From contig CAVNZM010000009.1 in assembly GCA_963693365.1 (NCBI GenBank), positions 700,963 to 764,962 on the forward strand: 64,000 nucleotides of DNA, read 5' to 3'. The DNA comes from Amoebidium appalachense (lineage: Eukaryota; Protista; Ichthyosporea). The position numbers were made by a program, and so were the translations under genes. The notes under the pieces are model-generated. The model saw nothing but the letters and a program-made list of their open reading frames with translations, had not been told where the DNA came from and made no database searches. Every line of letters starts with the position of its first letter. The first letter of the stretch is position 1. Positions 13,301-31,401 of this stretch are shown in pieces.

Positions 13301-14254
13301 TACAGACCCCATGGCTCTGCGCTAGGTCTCTAGGTCTATCATATCGCGTGTCGCAACAGTGGTAACCATAAATGGATGAATACAACTCGAAGGCCGCTGT
13401 ACAGTAGCACTATGTGAGACCAAAAAATCTTGCTAAGAGGCTTGCCTCGATTGTATACCTTTCCATGCCCCGAATATACCTACAGGGGCACGCCATGATC
13501 CGATATAGACCACTGCATTCAACGCTTCAATGGTGCAAGGATATTACATGGTCGTGCATTATGTTGATATCGTGAGGTATTTCTTTGCCCTTGTCCCCGG
13601 GCCCAGGGTGAAATTGATTTTTTTGGACTCGCCAAGAAGCTTTTGAAGCAGGCCCTTAGGAGGGCCACGGGTGAGCCAAATGGATCTAGATTCAAAGGAG
13701 TTGATGACGCACGAGGCTAGCTGTGTCCAATCACTGAGCAGGATTTTATATGGACATCAAATTCACAGTCAGATTACAACTTACAAGTCTAAATGGCTTA
13801 TCTTTTAGACTCTACAGTCTATAGAAGGCCAAAGTCTAATTATATGTAACCAATGGTTTGCGTCATTTTAAAACAATTAAAATTAATATTAAAATGCTTG
13901 ACACATACACTTGTAGTAAGTTAGTCAGTTATTTGGCTGTCCTTATAATTCGACCTAGGTTTTTTATAGCTCCTTAGTAATCGATAATCTTATTGGCTGT
14001 CGTCAGCCAAAATGTGCGATTCATAGGTCAAAGGAATCCCGGTAATGATTGAGGGGGAGGCTCATGCTCAGGTCGCCAGTCACTCAATTGCCTATAGTCC
14101 ATGTTCTCTACAAGTGGGACAACATCGAATTTACTGTTTATAATAACATTATTATTCCAAATTTTGATAGAGACATATTCACCAGAAGCTTTACTATGTA
14201 TTCAGCAGATTTGTCGGAAAGCTTGTTCCGGTTGGCGCACGGGAACGAACTCGC

Positions 14255-14325
14255 TGGATTGTGTGACGTCATTTGTCAGATGAACCAAACATCCCATTGA
14301 ATAATCCAAAAAGTATATAAAGCCA
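14255..14325 (+). promoter_or_regulatory. core promoter of the C2H2 gene (CRE + TATA)
   Basis: TGACGTCA at 14264-14271 and TATATAAAG at 14314, followed by an AC-rich leader to ACCATGG at 14478. Confidence 0.6.
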
Positions 14326-14477
14326 CACCACGCGTCTCACTCACCACGTCCGTTCATCAATAAACAAAACTTGAACACACATCCACACAAGACATACACA
14401 CACGCCTACGTGTATGTGTATCACCCCATATACCCACCTTCATTTCATTATTACGAGCATCATATAACAACCGCACC

Positions 14478-15575
14478 ATGGATCATATTTACAGCGACAC
14501 ATTTAGCGCGGGCACATGTCCGTCTAGCCCCGAAAGACCCTCAAAGGTAGCTATTGCACGTACGCGCCGGCCTTCCACCGAACTCAATCGTGAGTTCCGC
14601 TGTGATTACAATGGTTGCAACAGGAGATATGCAAGCCGCCATGCACTGCGCTCACACTACCGCCTCAAGCACGCCGCGGAAGCTGTAAGTGATATGAAAC
14701 GCAGGCCGCGGGCTAACAGCCTCCCCCTTCCTTACCTTGCCCCCTCTGCTACCCCTTCCTCCGGCCCTCTCCCATCTCTCCGGCTGCAGCGTGTCGGCAG
14801 CGGTGAAAGTCTACACACAGGTGTCTGTGCTGAAACGCCTAAATACCGGCGTACGTCCTGCCCTGCAGTTGTTGAATCACCCGCGGAGGCAAGTATGGAT
14901 GAGGAGGGGGATACGTTTGACCTCTGCCCGTCCTTTGCCCCACGCACACTCACACGTACGTCTACGGCCTCCAGCACAGAGAGCCTCGACCTTTTCTTTG
15001 AGAAAACGCATATGGGTGCACGCACATGCACGTCCACCCCGTGCCTTCTAGAAGAACCCAGCACGTGCACACTAAACACGTGGGCGAGCACGGACAGTCT
15101 TCCATTGGCACTAGACACATTGTGTCTCGATGTGGACACAATTATCGGCACGCTCCTCAAGCCATCCTCATTTGAAACAGCAACGCCTGCATGTACCACC
15201 CCCACCAACGATGAACTCGACGCAGAGACCGTGGTTGCAATGTACAAGGCGGGGCTTCTTGCTCCAACCTTCAAGCTTCAACCAACTCAGCCCCAGCAAG
15301 CCCAGGCAGCACAACAAATATTTGATTCTTTTGACTGTCACAACATCCCACTACTTGACAACACGTTTTCATTTTCGGATCTGGCTGTTACTGGAACCGA
15401 CTTTTCCTTCAGCCTGTTGCCAGAGACAACCCCGTCCCCGATTTTCGGAGAAAATATCTTTTCGTTTGACGCAACTCCAAGAGTTAAAACGAATACCGTT
15501 ACATGCTCCGATGTGGAAGCTACGCTCGATTTGTATATTAGCATGCTTGAACTCAAGTCTTTTGTGGGCGCATAA
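14478..15575 (+). CDS. C2H2 zinc-finger transcription factor, intronless
   Basis: 365-aa ORF with FRCDYNGCNRRYASRHALRSHYRLKH (one classical C2H2 finger), an acidic S/T-rich C-terminal region and a strong Kozak context. Confidence 0.85.
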   Translation: MDHIYSDTFSAGTCPSSPERPSKVAIARTRRPSTELNREFRCDYNGCNRRYASRHALRSHYRLKHAAEAVSDMKRRPRANSLPLPYLAPSATPSSGPLPSLRLQRVGSGESLHTGVCAETPKYRRTSCPAVVESPAEASMDEEGDTFDLCPSFAPRTLTRTSTASSTESLDLFFEKTHMGARTCTSTPCLLEEPSTCTLNTWASTDSLPLALDTLCLDVDTIIGTLLKPSSFETATPACTTPTNDELDAETVVAMYKAGLLAPTFKLQPTQPQQAQAAQQIFDSFDCHNIPLLDNTFSFSDLAVTGTDFSFSLLPETTPSPIFGENIFSFDATPRVKTNTVTCSDVEATLDLYISMLELKSFVGA

Positions 15576-16196
15576 AGTCCTCATGTGGTGACCTGTGTGA
15601 ATGTATGCCAGCTATATAAAGCAGTTGATGATCTATATTAGGAATGTAGGTGCCTGGCGCACGTGTACATACAGTGTTTTGAGTTTCGACCCCGGCGGAA
15701 TATGCGTCTCTTTATTCTTGAATGTGCGATTGACCTGTAATAATATTATTAATGCATCAAATAAATAGTCTGTAATCGTACAGAAATCGGCAGTATATTT
15801 TTGCATGGGCTGTTTATTCGTGTCACTGTGAATAATCCAAAATCTGCCTAACAGTGCGATGCTTGTATCTCTCTCTTTTTTCCCTTCCTAAATTTAGGGA
15901 ATGATCCATAAATAAATGACACGCACCATGCAACCGAACAATCTCAGATGATAAGTCTATCCTCTCGCCCCCCCCCCCCCCCCCCCCTCCCCCCCGTATC
16001 CCTTTTCCTTTTCATCACCTATGCACGTGCACATCGTAACTACATACGGCTCCCCTGCCTGCTCTTAAATCCTGAATTTTCCCATTTTGATCTCAGAATC
16101 TGCCACATTGGTTGCTTGATTGCTGAAAACCGGAAGGGATACGTTAACGTTGGAGGTAGACTGCAACAGAATACGTTTATGAGGAGGCGCCCTTTG

Positions 16197-16230
<34 letters not shown>

Positions 16231-16716
16231 GGGACCCACACACACACACATGCACGCTCACACACCTACAACTACCACTGGTTTTGGGCTTATAGGTGTT
16301 GATGCACATGTCCAAATAACAAAGAAGTGTATATAAAAGCATAAGACTCAAAATTTCAGGTTAGGACATGGGGTAATACTTTGAAAACATGTACACGTTA
16401 TTCTGCTTATACAAAACATTCCTCAATAAAGCACACGAATTAACAATCATTAACAAATAAAAACATCCAATTATTTACACTTGCGAGCAGAACCCACATG
16501 CTCTAGAAGCAATATTACTATCTCCCCAAACCGAGCTCCATCTTTGGAAAACCTGCCTTCCCGTAGGCTTTTGTACATAAAACCAAGGGGCCGTTTTCAT
16601 ATGTATGCCAACTCTACGTTGCATTCCCTTCGAGCATATAAGCGCCAAATAATCACATTCCACACCGACCCCTCATACCCTAAATTTGCACATTTTTCAT
16701 TGGTCAGTTTTAGGCC

Positions 16717-22096
<5,380 letters not shown>

Positions 22097-22769
22097 TGTA
22101 TGGGGGAATGATTAAGCATCGTGTGCTATGGCGTGGGAAACACACTAGACTGTCTAAATGTTTAACGTTCGCACGCAACTCGCACGGACGTATGCTCGCG
22201 CACACACAAACTACACATACGTTCACAAGCACAAGCATGCGCACACAAAGAGACACACAGGCACATACACAACCTGCCAATGTGTGTCTCGGAGAAACCC
22301 CTAAAATCTACTGGAAACTTAAGCAAAATCGACAACCGTTACCTGATTATAAGGAGAGCGGGGGGGAGGGGGAGTTCGAGGGGGTGAGGGGGTTGGGGGG
22401 CTGGGGGAGGGGGATCGGAGGGGGGGGGGGGGGGGGGGGGGGGGTCCTCACTTAAATAATATAAAAAATTTGCGTTTTCTATGTAGTATTTACAGTTACC
22501 TATTTCGAGCCAAAGGAAAAAAATGGACAAGACGTACTACGTATCTACGAACCTAGGACTCAGACACTGGAGAAGCCTGTTTGGGGGGTAAGTTACGCAC
22601 TACGCGACCTTTTGATTCCCGCCGAATAACACCGTGAGAAAAATGGTTATGTATGGCTACACCTAAAACTAGAAGCCAATCATCTGTAAGGACCCATTCA
22701 GTGGCTGACACTCAGCTAATCAAAATCGTCCTCCCCAATCTATTCAATCTATTCAAGATCCTGGAGGAA

Positions 22770-23200
22770 GGTCAATTTGATGACGTCACTGGTCGCGAAA
22801 AAACAACATTCCAATGGGTGCAGAGTAGACCAATCAGTGCAGACCATTTTCGAATGTTTGACAGCCAATCACAGCAGGCTAAGAATATGAATTCCCGAAG
22901 GACCAGGAACGGGATGAACGATGTTTTTCCACCTTGCAAAGCGCAGCAAGCATACTATGTAATCCATCATTATTGACGCAAATGTAGTATAAAACAAACT
23001 ATACTATGAAAATACTTATGATTTATGGTGTTTATGAGACGCTGAGAGCCGGTTTTGACGGGTGTACTGTTTCCGCTGACGACAGCAATCTTGGACAGAT
23101 CCGATTTGGCTACTTTCCAGATGCAAAGCAATTTTGATTGGTTTACACGTACACAGTTTTATTGGTTCGTCCAAGACCCAAAAAGTATAAGATCCGATGC
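22770..23200. promoter_or_regulatory. divergent promoter region between the GT64 and p62-like genes
   Basis: TGACGTCA at 22781-22788, multiple CCAAT/ATTGG motifs (22811, 22830, 22865, 23137, 23161) and TATAAGA at ~23186. Confidence 0.5.
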
Positions 23201-23280
23201 GCAACCCATCCTATTATCAGTTCTCTCAAGTTTCAACCTGCAAACATCAAAAACACAAATTTTCATCTCAAAACAGCAAT

Positions 23281-24498
23281 ATGGCGCCCGCTATCAAGAT
23301 TGTCTACAACGGCGACATCTACCGCCTGCGCAGCGGCGAGGCCGACTGGGCCAACATCCTTGCCAAGGCCGGGGAGCTTCGTGGGGAGGAGGGCTACACG
23401 CTCAAGTACACGGACACGGATGGAGACCAAGTGACCCTTACCTCCGAGCCTGATTTCCTGGATGCACTTGCCGCCTCCCCTTCCGGCCTGCGCATCCACG
23501 TTCTCCCTGCACGCAGCAAGCCCACCGCTCGTCTTCTGACCCCTGTCCCTGTTTCCACCCCTGCTCCTGCCGAAGTTTCCGCTCCTCCTGCCCCCCCTGT
23601 CCTCACCACCGAAGAAACGGAGGCCCCGGCTGCTCCCCCAAAGGTGTTCAAGTGCACTCTCTTCCGCATGCAGCCGCCTGCCCCCGTTCCTGAGGAGCCA
23701 AGGACCGAGCCTGAGCCCACCCCCGTAGCCGCCGACATCATTTCGTGCGAGGGTCCTGCCGGTGCCGGCCCTAGCGAAGAAAACACAGCACAGGAGCCAG
23801 CCACCACCACCACGTCGGAGGAGAATGCACCCAAGGCTGAAGACAACAACACGGCTACCAGTGGTGATGAGACACACAGCGTGCACGTGCACATCACATG
23901 TGACGGGTGCGGTGCCAGCCCCATTACAGGGCCACGCTACAAGTGCAGCGAGTGTTTCGACTATGACCTGTGCAGCACGTGCGAGGAGGCAAACACCCAC
24001 GACCCCACCCACGTGCTCATTAAGATCCGCCAGCCTCTGCCCCCTGGCATGCCGGCCTTCATGATGTTCCCTCCCTGGGCCCGCGGTCACCCCGGCTCCA
24101 TGCATCCTCTTCACTTCCTTCTCCGTGGTGCCGGTATGGGTGGGTGCCCTATGAGGGGTGGCCGGCGCCCTTCTCACTGCCCCCGTCGTCGCGGCTGCCC
24201 TGCTAACCCGACCGAAGATAACACCAACACGGACAACAAAACTGAAAACGCCACCACTGATAACGGCAAGGGGAAGGAGAGGGTGAACGAGCAGGGTGCA
24301 TCTTCGAGCACCAGCAACGAGGAGGAGGTTCCCTCCATTCCTCCCTGGGCTCGTCTACCTGCTGATGTTGTGTCCGATATGGACAGTGCGCTGCATGCCA
24401 TGGGGTTTGGTGACAGCCAGGCCAATCGGAGGGCAATCTACCGCCATGGGGGCGATATGGATGCTATCGTGCCTGCACTGCTCGAGATTTATGGATAG
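23281..24498 (+). CDS. p62/SQSTM1-NBR1 family selective-autophagy receptor (PB1-ZZ-UBA), intronless
   Basis: N-terminal PB1 (IKIVYNGDIYR...LKYTDTDGDQVTLTSEPDF), ZZ finger (HITCDGCGASPITGPRYKCSECFDYDLCSTCE..H...H) and C-terminal UBA (LHAMGF...NRRAI..HGGDMDAIV..LL). The ATG at 23281 is preferred over 23197. Confidence 0.92.
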   Translation: MAPAIKIVYNGDIYRLRSGEADWANILAKAGELRGEEGYTLKYTDTDGDQVTLTSEPDFLDALAASPSGLRIHVLPARSKPTARLLTPVPVSTPAPAEVSAPPAPPVLTTEETEAPAAPPKVFKCTLFRMQPPAPVPEEPRTEPEPTPVAADIISCEGPAGAGPSEENTAQEPATTTTSEENAPKAEDNNTATSGDETHSVHVHITCDGCGASPITGPRYKCSECFDYDLCSTCEEANTHDPTHVLIKIRQPLPPGMPAFMMFPPWARGHPGSMHPLHFLLRGAGMGGCPMRGGRRPSHCPRRRGCPANPTEDNTNTDNKTENATTDNGKGKERVNEQGASSSTSNEEEVPSIPPWARLPADVVSDMDSALHAMGFGDSQANRRAIYRHGGDMDAIVPALLEIYG

Positions 24499-25191
24499 CT
24501 GCATGGAGTTTGCTATGCACAGGGTAGTACTGTGTGCATGATATCTTGCAATTGGAAACGAGCAAGTATTTAGTTGCAGGTTTGTGTTTTGGCGCAACGC
24601 CGTGTTTGGAAGTAGAAAAAGGCTAATATCTATCGTGGTCGTAGCTGGTGATAGCTGATGGTTGATTAGTCTAGGGTAGTGGTAGCTTGTCAGAGTGAGG
24701 TACTCTGTGTTTTTGTGTTGATGTCCTTTTGATACTAGTAGTACAATTCTGGTCGCAATCTGTCTGTGTAGGTTGTGTGAGTGGATTGGTTTATCATCAG
24801 TAGTTTCATATAGTGCAGTGTGATGGTGTGCCTCAGTGCAACACCAAAATCTACATTGCTTGTATGGTTATAAATAAATGGCAGAGGGGGAAAAAACAGT
24901 GAACATGTACAGTAAGCTGAATAAAAACAACAACAACAACAAAAAAAAAAAACAAGTCTGTGTCTACGGAAGCGCTTCAGAATGCCGTTCTCCCGGTCAA
25001 CCACTCCCCCCTCCCCCTTCCATCTCCCCCCACCCACCCACACCCACACCTTCACCCCATCCCTGTTTGCCATTGCCTCCGGAAACAACACACACACATA
25101 CATGCGCGCGCGACACACAAACGTGCGCACACACACACGCACACACACACACACGCACACACACACACGCACACGCACACACACACGCGCG

Positions 25192-25245
<54 letters not shown>

Positions 25246-25511
25246 CACAAGTAATAATATACACGCACACGAAGAATAAAAAGACACACATATGCACTAC
25301 TAACTGAATGCCGTTTAGACAGCAATCACGCACACACAAGGAGAAAAGCCCCCCCCCCCCCCTTCCCCCCACCTCCCCACCTCCCCCTTTCCCCCCCTCC
25401 ACACACATACACATGCACGCTTGTGCACATTTATCTTGCACCATGCAACTTGTAGTACAGTGTCAAGATCCAACCCCCCTTCCCCGCCCCCTCCCCCCCC
25501 CCCCCCCCCCC

Positions 25512-25572
<61 letters not shown>

Positions 25573-26686
25573 ACACACTCTACCCATACACCTCATTGCA
25601 CCCCCGATCCATTCCGTTATATCTCTGAACCCCCATCTGCCCCATTCCCAGGCCCTCCTTCTCCCTCCCCCCTCCCCTTCGTCTTCAACACAATGCCTTT
25701 CCTTCCCTTCCCCCTCCCCTCCCCCCCCCCTCCCCCCCTCTCCCCCCCCCCCCCCCCCCTCCCCCCCCTCCCCCTCCCCTCCTCCCCCCCCCCCCCTCTC
25801 CCCCCTCCCGGCGCCAGCCCTGGGAAGAAGTTCCCGTTTTTTTGGTTAACCCGGCATCTTTCGCCTAAACCAAAGGGTCTTTACCTTTTCTTCCCTCCCT
25901 GCAACTTCAACCCTCTTCCCCCCCCCCCCCCCCCCCTCCCCATCCCTATTTTTTTTTTTCTGGGGGGGGGGGGGGGGAGGGGGGAGGGGAAAGGAATGTA
26001 AGAGCCTTCAGGTTCAGGTGCAAGGTGGCGGTGATCACAAATCATCAACACTACACCCATTCTTGGAGGCACCGCCGTTACGGCAACCGGTAATTCTTTT
26101 TCATTGGCGCAGTTGTCTGTTCATGCCCAAAGGCTGCCGTCCTTCCCTCCCCTCGTCTGATTTTACTCCCCCTCCTTCCCTTCCTCCCTTCCCCCCGCCC
26201 CTCCCCCCCCCCCCCTCCCCCCCCAGCCCACTCCGCCCCCGCCCAACCACCTTCGTATCCCTGTCCCTTTCACCACCTACTTCCCACTTTAGAATATCAC
26301 CGTTGCATATTTTAGGTATCCCCACTTAGTCTAGCTACCCAGGGCCACCTTTCAACAACCTGGTCACTCTTTTTAACTTGTAAGTTTTCATTCTTAGTCA
26401 GCTACACAATACCACACTCGCACAGAGACGCGTGGCATATGCACGGTCACACATGGACACATACATGCACATGCAAGCACACACACACACACAAAACAGC
26501 AGCTACACATTAACAGCACAGTTACACACAAAAAGAACAAGCACACATGCACACACACACGAAAGATACAAACACAAACACACACTGTCAGAGATGGCAC
26601 ACCTACACATACAAAATGCATCACTCGATGACACAGCCGCTTTTTTTTGTGGTGCGTGTGCCTATGTGTGTGTGTGTGCCTGTGTG

Positions 26687-26898
<212 letters not shown>

Positions 26899-27585
26899 GG
26901 GAGGGAGGGGGAGGGAGATAGTGGGGGGGGGGGGGGATATGACCCACAAGCAAAGCATCCTCATCCTATTCAGGTGTAGCTCCCTGTCCTCTCCCACCCC
27001 CTTTGCCTTGCCTCTCCCCTCCCCCTCTCCGCCCCCGCCCTCCACACACACACAAACAAAAAAAAGAAAGGGGGGGGGGGGGGGGGAGGAATGGGGGGGT
27101 GAGGGGTGGGAGGGAACCTCCCTGCAAACAAGGGGCAGCGCCCATTAAATACTGTTGCTCGCTTGGTTAGATTTTTTTGATTTGCACCCTTTTCATTTAA
27201 GGTCTTATTCAGTGCCGCTGCCTAGTGGTGGGTACCAACACCATGGGACCTATATACCTACGTTCTAGACTGAGCCCGTCAGACAGGCGCGGCAGCGGCT
27301 TGGTTAGCTGCAATATTCAAATTGAGGGGCTCATCGCATCATCCAAAAGCGAAAACCATGCCCCCAGTACATTCTAGCGCAACTTGTAATGGATCAACAT
27401 TGATGATCTGTCAGAATGCATCCACACAGTTGGTACTCGTTGTAGGACACGTGATCCCGTTGCTCACATCTGATTGGTGCTCGATCATGCATTGGCACCT
27501 CCACTGTGAAGGCCCATGCCATTCATCCACATCAACGAAAACCCAAAGGATTTTGTATGTGGGGCGGCCAGGGGAGGGGCGGGGG

Positions 27586-27619
<34 letters not shown>

Positions 27620-29729
27620 AACTGAGGGAGGTAAAGGGAATAATTGGTTGTTAGGTGGAAATTTAAAGGGGCCGTAGTTCCTGGTGGGGGACGGGAGGGG
27701 GGGGGGGGGGGGGGGGGGGAGGGGTCGGTTGGTGCCTGAGAGGGTTCAAGGTGGGTTCAAGATGGGATGATTGTGTAGCAGTCCACGCGTGAGTGCAGGA
27801 TTGCAGCTTCTTGGAAAGGTACGTTTGGCTGTGCTTTTTGTTTCCATAGACGTCTGAGGGGTGCTTGGTGGAGAGGTGGAGGGGTTGCGATATCCGTCGG
27901 GGAGGGGGACTCCATGGGGAAGGGGAGAGACGGCCGGGGAGAGCGGAAGGGGCGCCCCGGGGGGGGGGGGGGGGGGGGAGGGAGGGGGGGAGGGAAAGAG
28001 GGGGGGGCCGGGGGGAGGGGGGGGGGGGAGGGGTTAAAGTAAGAGAGGTATGCCCAAAAATGCACCGTGGGGACAGGAAAGACGGCTAGATGGGACGGCA
28101 TGAGGCTGAGGTGGGGTCCAACAGTAGTAAGAGGTAGACCCCCCCCCCCCCCTCCCCCCCCCTCAAAAAAATAAAAAGAAAGAAAGAAAGGAAAGAAAGG
28201 AAAAGAAAAGAAAAGAAATAAAACCCTTCCATCAACAAAGCCTTTTTCATTGGCATCTGTTATTTCGCCTCATGTTTGCACCTATCTCTTTCTGGCCCAT
28301 AGTATTTCGTCTTGCCTCTCGAGACTGCACCCGTTCACCCTCTGATACGGCCATGTTTCTTGCCGCCAACGAATTGGCAATCTTCCCCCCCCCCCCTCCT
28401 CCCCCCCTCTTTCCCCATTGCCCTCCCCCCCCTCCCCCAACACACACACACCTCCCGGACTGCTGCAAAATTTAAAAGACATCAAAAAAAAAAAAAAACG
28501 AGAAAAAGTGAAGGTGTTAAAGAAGGTAAATATCGGGGGAATCTGTCTGATACAGCATTGATCCGACTTCGACTGTGCAATGACTTGTGGATGGTCAGAG
28601 TAATTGCGGAACATGCCGATCCAGACTGCACATATGTTGATGCACATGGCCTGCATAAGAGATAGAAACGGTGGTTTTCTTAGCCCTCAAAGCTTTGTAC
28701 CCGCTTGCTTACGTAAGTGGCCGGGCCCTTCTACGCTGTGGAAAGTCTCCGGGGGGGTCCTTCTGGTTGGTATGACCAATGAAATTGCTTCAAATGTCAT
28801 GACTAAACAAACGGTTCCAAATTTTAACGAAAACGTGATTATTGGTAAATTAAAAAATCCTGGCAGGAAGATCGTGTCTTTGTTTTACTGTAAACTGGGT
28901 TTGCGTAACATTGAACCAATTGCCGCCCGTAAAGTCAAATCCCATTAGGCGCGATCCAACTTTGTCTAGTGACCGTCGCCTGCAGCAACATACAAGATAT
29001 TTTACAAAGAGGCCGCAGGGAGACAGGGCAAAAGTTGACTAGGGGTCCTCTAGTCTTCTGAAAAAAAACATGGGTTTCTGGGGAGGGTCTGGCGGAGTGG
29101 TAGCTGAACACAAGGGGAAGGGGGAACGGGGAGGCCGAGGGGGGGGGGAGGAGGGGAGAGGGCCGCGGGGAGGAGGGTTGAGGGAGGGGGGAGGGGCGGG
29201 TGGGGGGATTGGATTAATGCAGTCTGTAAAGACGGGCAGAGCTTTAACGGCTGTTGAAAAGAGTTCAAGTGAACAGGGAAAGGAGGGGGAGGGGGGTATG
29301 GGGGGTAAATAGAGAGAGGGGGGTTGGTGGGGGGAACTGGGGGTGGGGGGGCGGGTGGGGGGGGGGGGGGGGGGGGGGGGGGGGAGGGGGGGGACCGGAG
29401 GAGGAAGGAGGGTGAGGAAGGGCGGGAGGGGAGGGGTCCCTACAAAATACGAACGAAGGCGGGCAGGTGCAGGTGTATGTGTGTGCCGGAAAACGGCGGA
29501 AAACTTTGTTTTGGGAATTGTAAGTGTGGAGCCACTTGTTTGCACGCGGTTTACTGCTTTCTGGAGATGACGGAAAGTTTGTGTGTCTCCTCCCCCCCCC
29601 CCCCCCCTCCCCTTCCTCCCCCTCCCCCCCCCCCCCCCCCCCCCCGCTCTCTTTCTTTCCTTTTTTTTTTTCTTTTTTTTGTGGGGAGGGGCGGTTTTTT
29701 GTGGGGGAGGGGGCGGGGAAGCGGGGAGG

Positions 29730-29768
<39 letters not shown>

Positions 29769-31401
29769 TTTTTTTTTGTGGGGGGGGGGGGGGGGGGGGG
29801 GAAGGGGGGGGAAGGGGGGGGAGGGGGGGGGGGGGGGGGGGGGGGCACAGGCAAAAGCTCTGCTAGCCATCGCCGAGGCGGGCATCAGAGTCACTGGCAG
29901 AGACTCCACCACGGTGACCCCCTTGGTATTAAACTTTGTCGAGATATGCCCACATGTACAGAACCACGGCCGATGGGGTGCATGGCTTGTGCACAACGTG
30001 CATAATAAACTTAATGCAGGCCTGCATTTTTTCTGGCTTCTTATATGAAGCCAATGCACAGCTTATATATCATGCTCCAGCATGGCATACGGCATGCATC
30101 GGTGAACAACACCGTTGAAACAGGCTCATATGATTACAGTATTACAGTATTGATGCGGTCAGCGGGAGCTCAATGACTCATACACCACCACCTATCTAAA
30201 TAATACGTATGTGCACATGCCGTACACGCCCATTGAATATAATAATCTACATGCTAAATGGGTGCCAGGGATGGTCCTCTCGCATATGTATACTCAAGCC
30301 ACGTCAAGAGCCCAAAAGGTGTATTTTTCTGTGGTCAAAAACGTGCACATTGTCGTTGTGGCTGTTGTGTGTACACTTACAGCCGCGTAACGATTGGCCG
30401 TTGGAAGTCAATCGGAATTCTCGAGAGCTGTCCATATATGGTTAGGTAGATCTTAGGCTGTTAAGAGATGTAAGATCGCCCAATTACAGCGAGGCTCAAA
30501 ATTACTGGCTCATAACCCAGATCTCCCTTGATCAGTGCACAAGGTCCGGTCGTTCCGGAGGAAACACAGTAGGATTGTAGTAGGAAATAAATATATTTGC
30601 ATATATTCACTCATGCTGACTGACTGCAGTTATAAATGCTATTGACCCTGTTGTTTTGCTCTTGTGAAGCATTATAATTTGCCTCAGTAGCGCTTCACCA
30701 AGCTCGAGTTTGAGAGCACAGAGCAACGGTACACGTGCATGTCTTGATTTCAGAACTGATCGATGATCAGATGAAACGCAGCATCATTGCGTTCTACCGA
30801 AAAAAACAAACTTCCAGCAAAAGAAAGAAAAAAAACAGAAGCCACCGAATATGCTAGAAACTATGCGTGGGCGAGTGGCTTACTCCTTTCAGGGCAATGT
30901 TTTGGTTGCGGCTACACTGTGACACAAGTCACACAACGTACACCCTTGATTACTTGAACCTGCTAGCCTGAGCCAGAGTCTGCCAGTCTGCTTGCAGGAA
31001 AACTAGCGAACCTGATTGGTGAACTCGTCATGCATAGAATCCCCCAATACTTCATAGGAATTTGAGACCCTGTAGGTTGTGTTTCCACATGTAATCTAAT
31101 AAACTATGAGCTATAAAAATTGGGGCATCAACAATACCAAATCCTTCACAGACTAATTACTGCATGGCTCAAAACTGCATTCATTAAGCTGGAAAAGTGT
31201 ACATGCTTGGTTACGCACGTACGAATCGTCCTCATGAAAGTGTAGGGGGAGCCATACATAGAGCACCGCATTCCTTGCATCAGATTGCATCCAATCATGC
31301 GCCGAGTGGCTCAAAATCCGGATTATAAATTAACCTCACTCGGTTCAGTTTGAAACAACAGCAATCAAGTTGTTTGTTTCCTTCACACACAAACACCAAA
31401 C

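Noticed and set aside
15680-15694. 14-nt match TGAGTTTCGACCCC to the structured repeat
   Set aside because: Isolated, with no flanking homology; compatible with chance.
23263-24177. 304-aa antisense ORF over the p62-like gene (likewise antisense ORFs over the C2H2, transporter, ArfGAP and RT genes)
   Set aside because: Shadow frames caused by codon bias of the real genes; no motifs.
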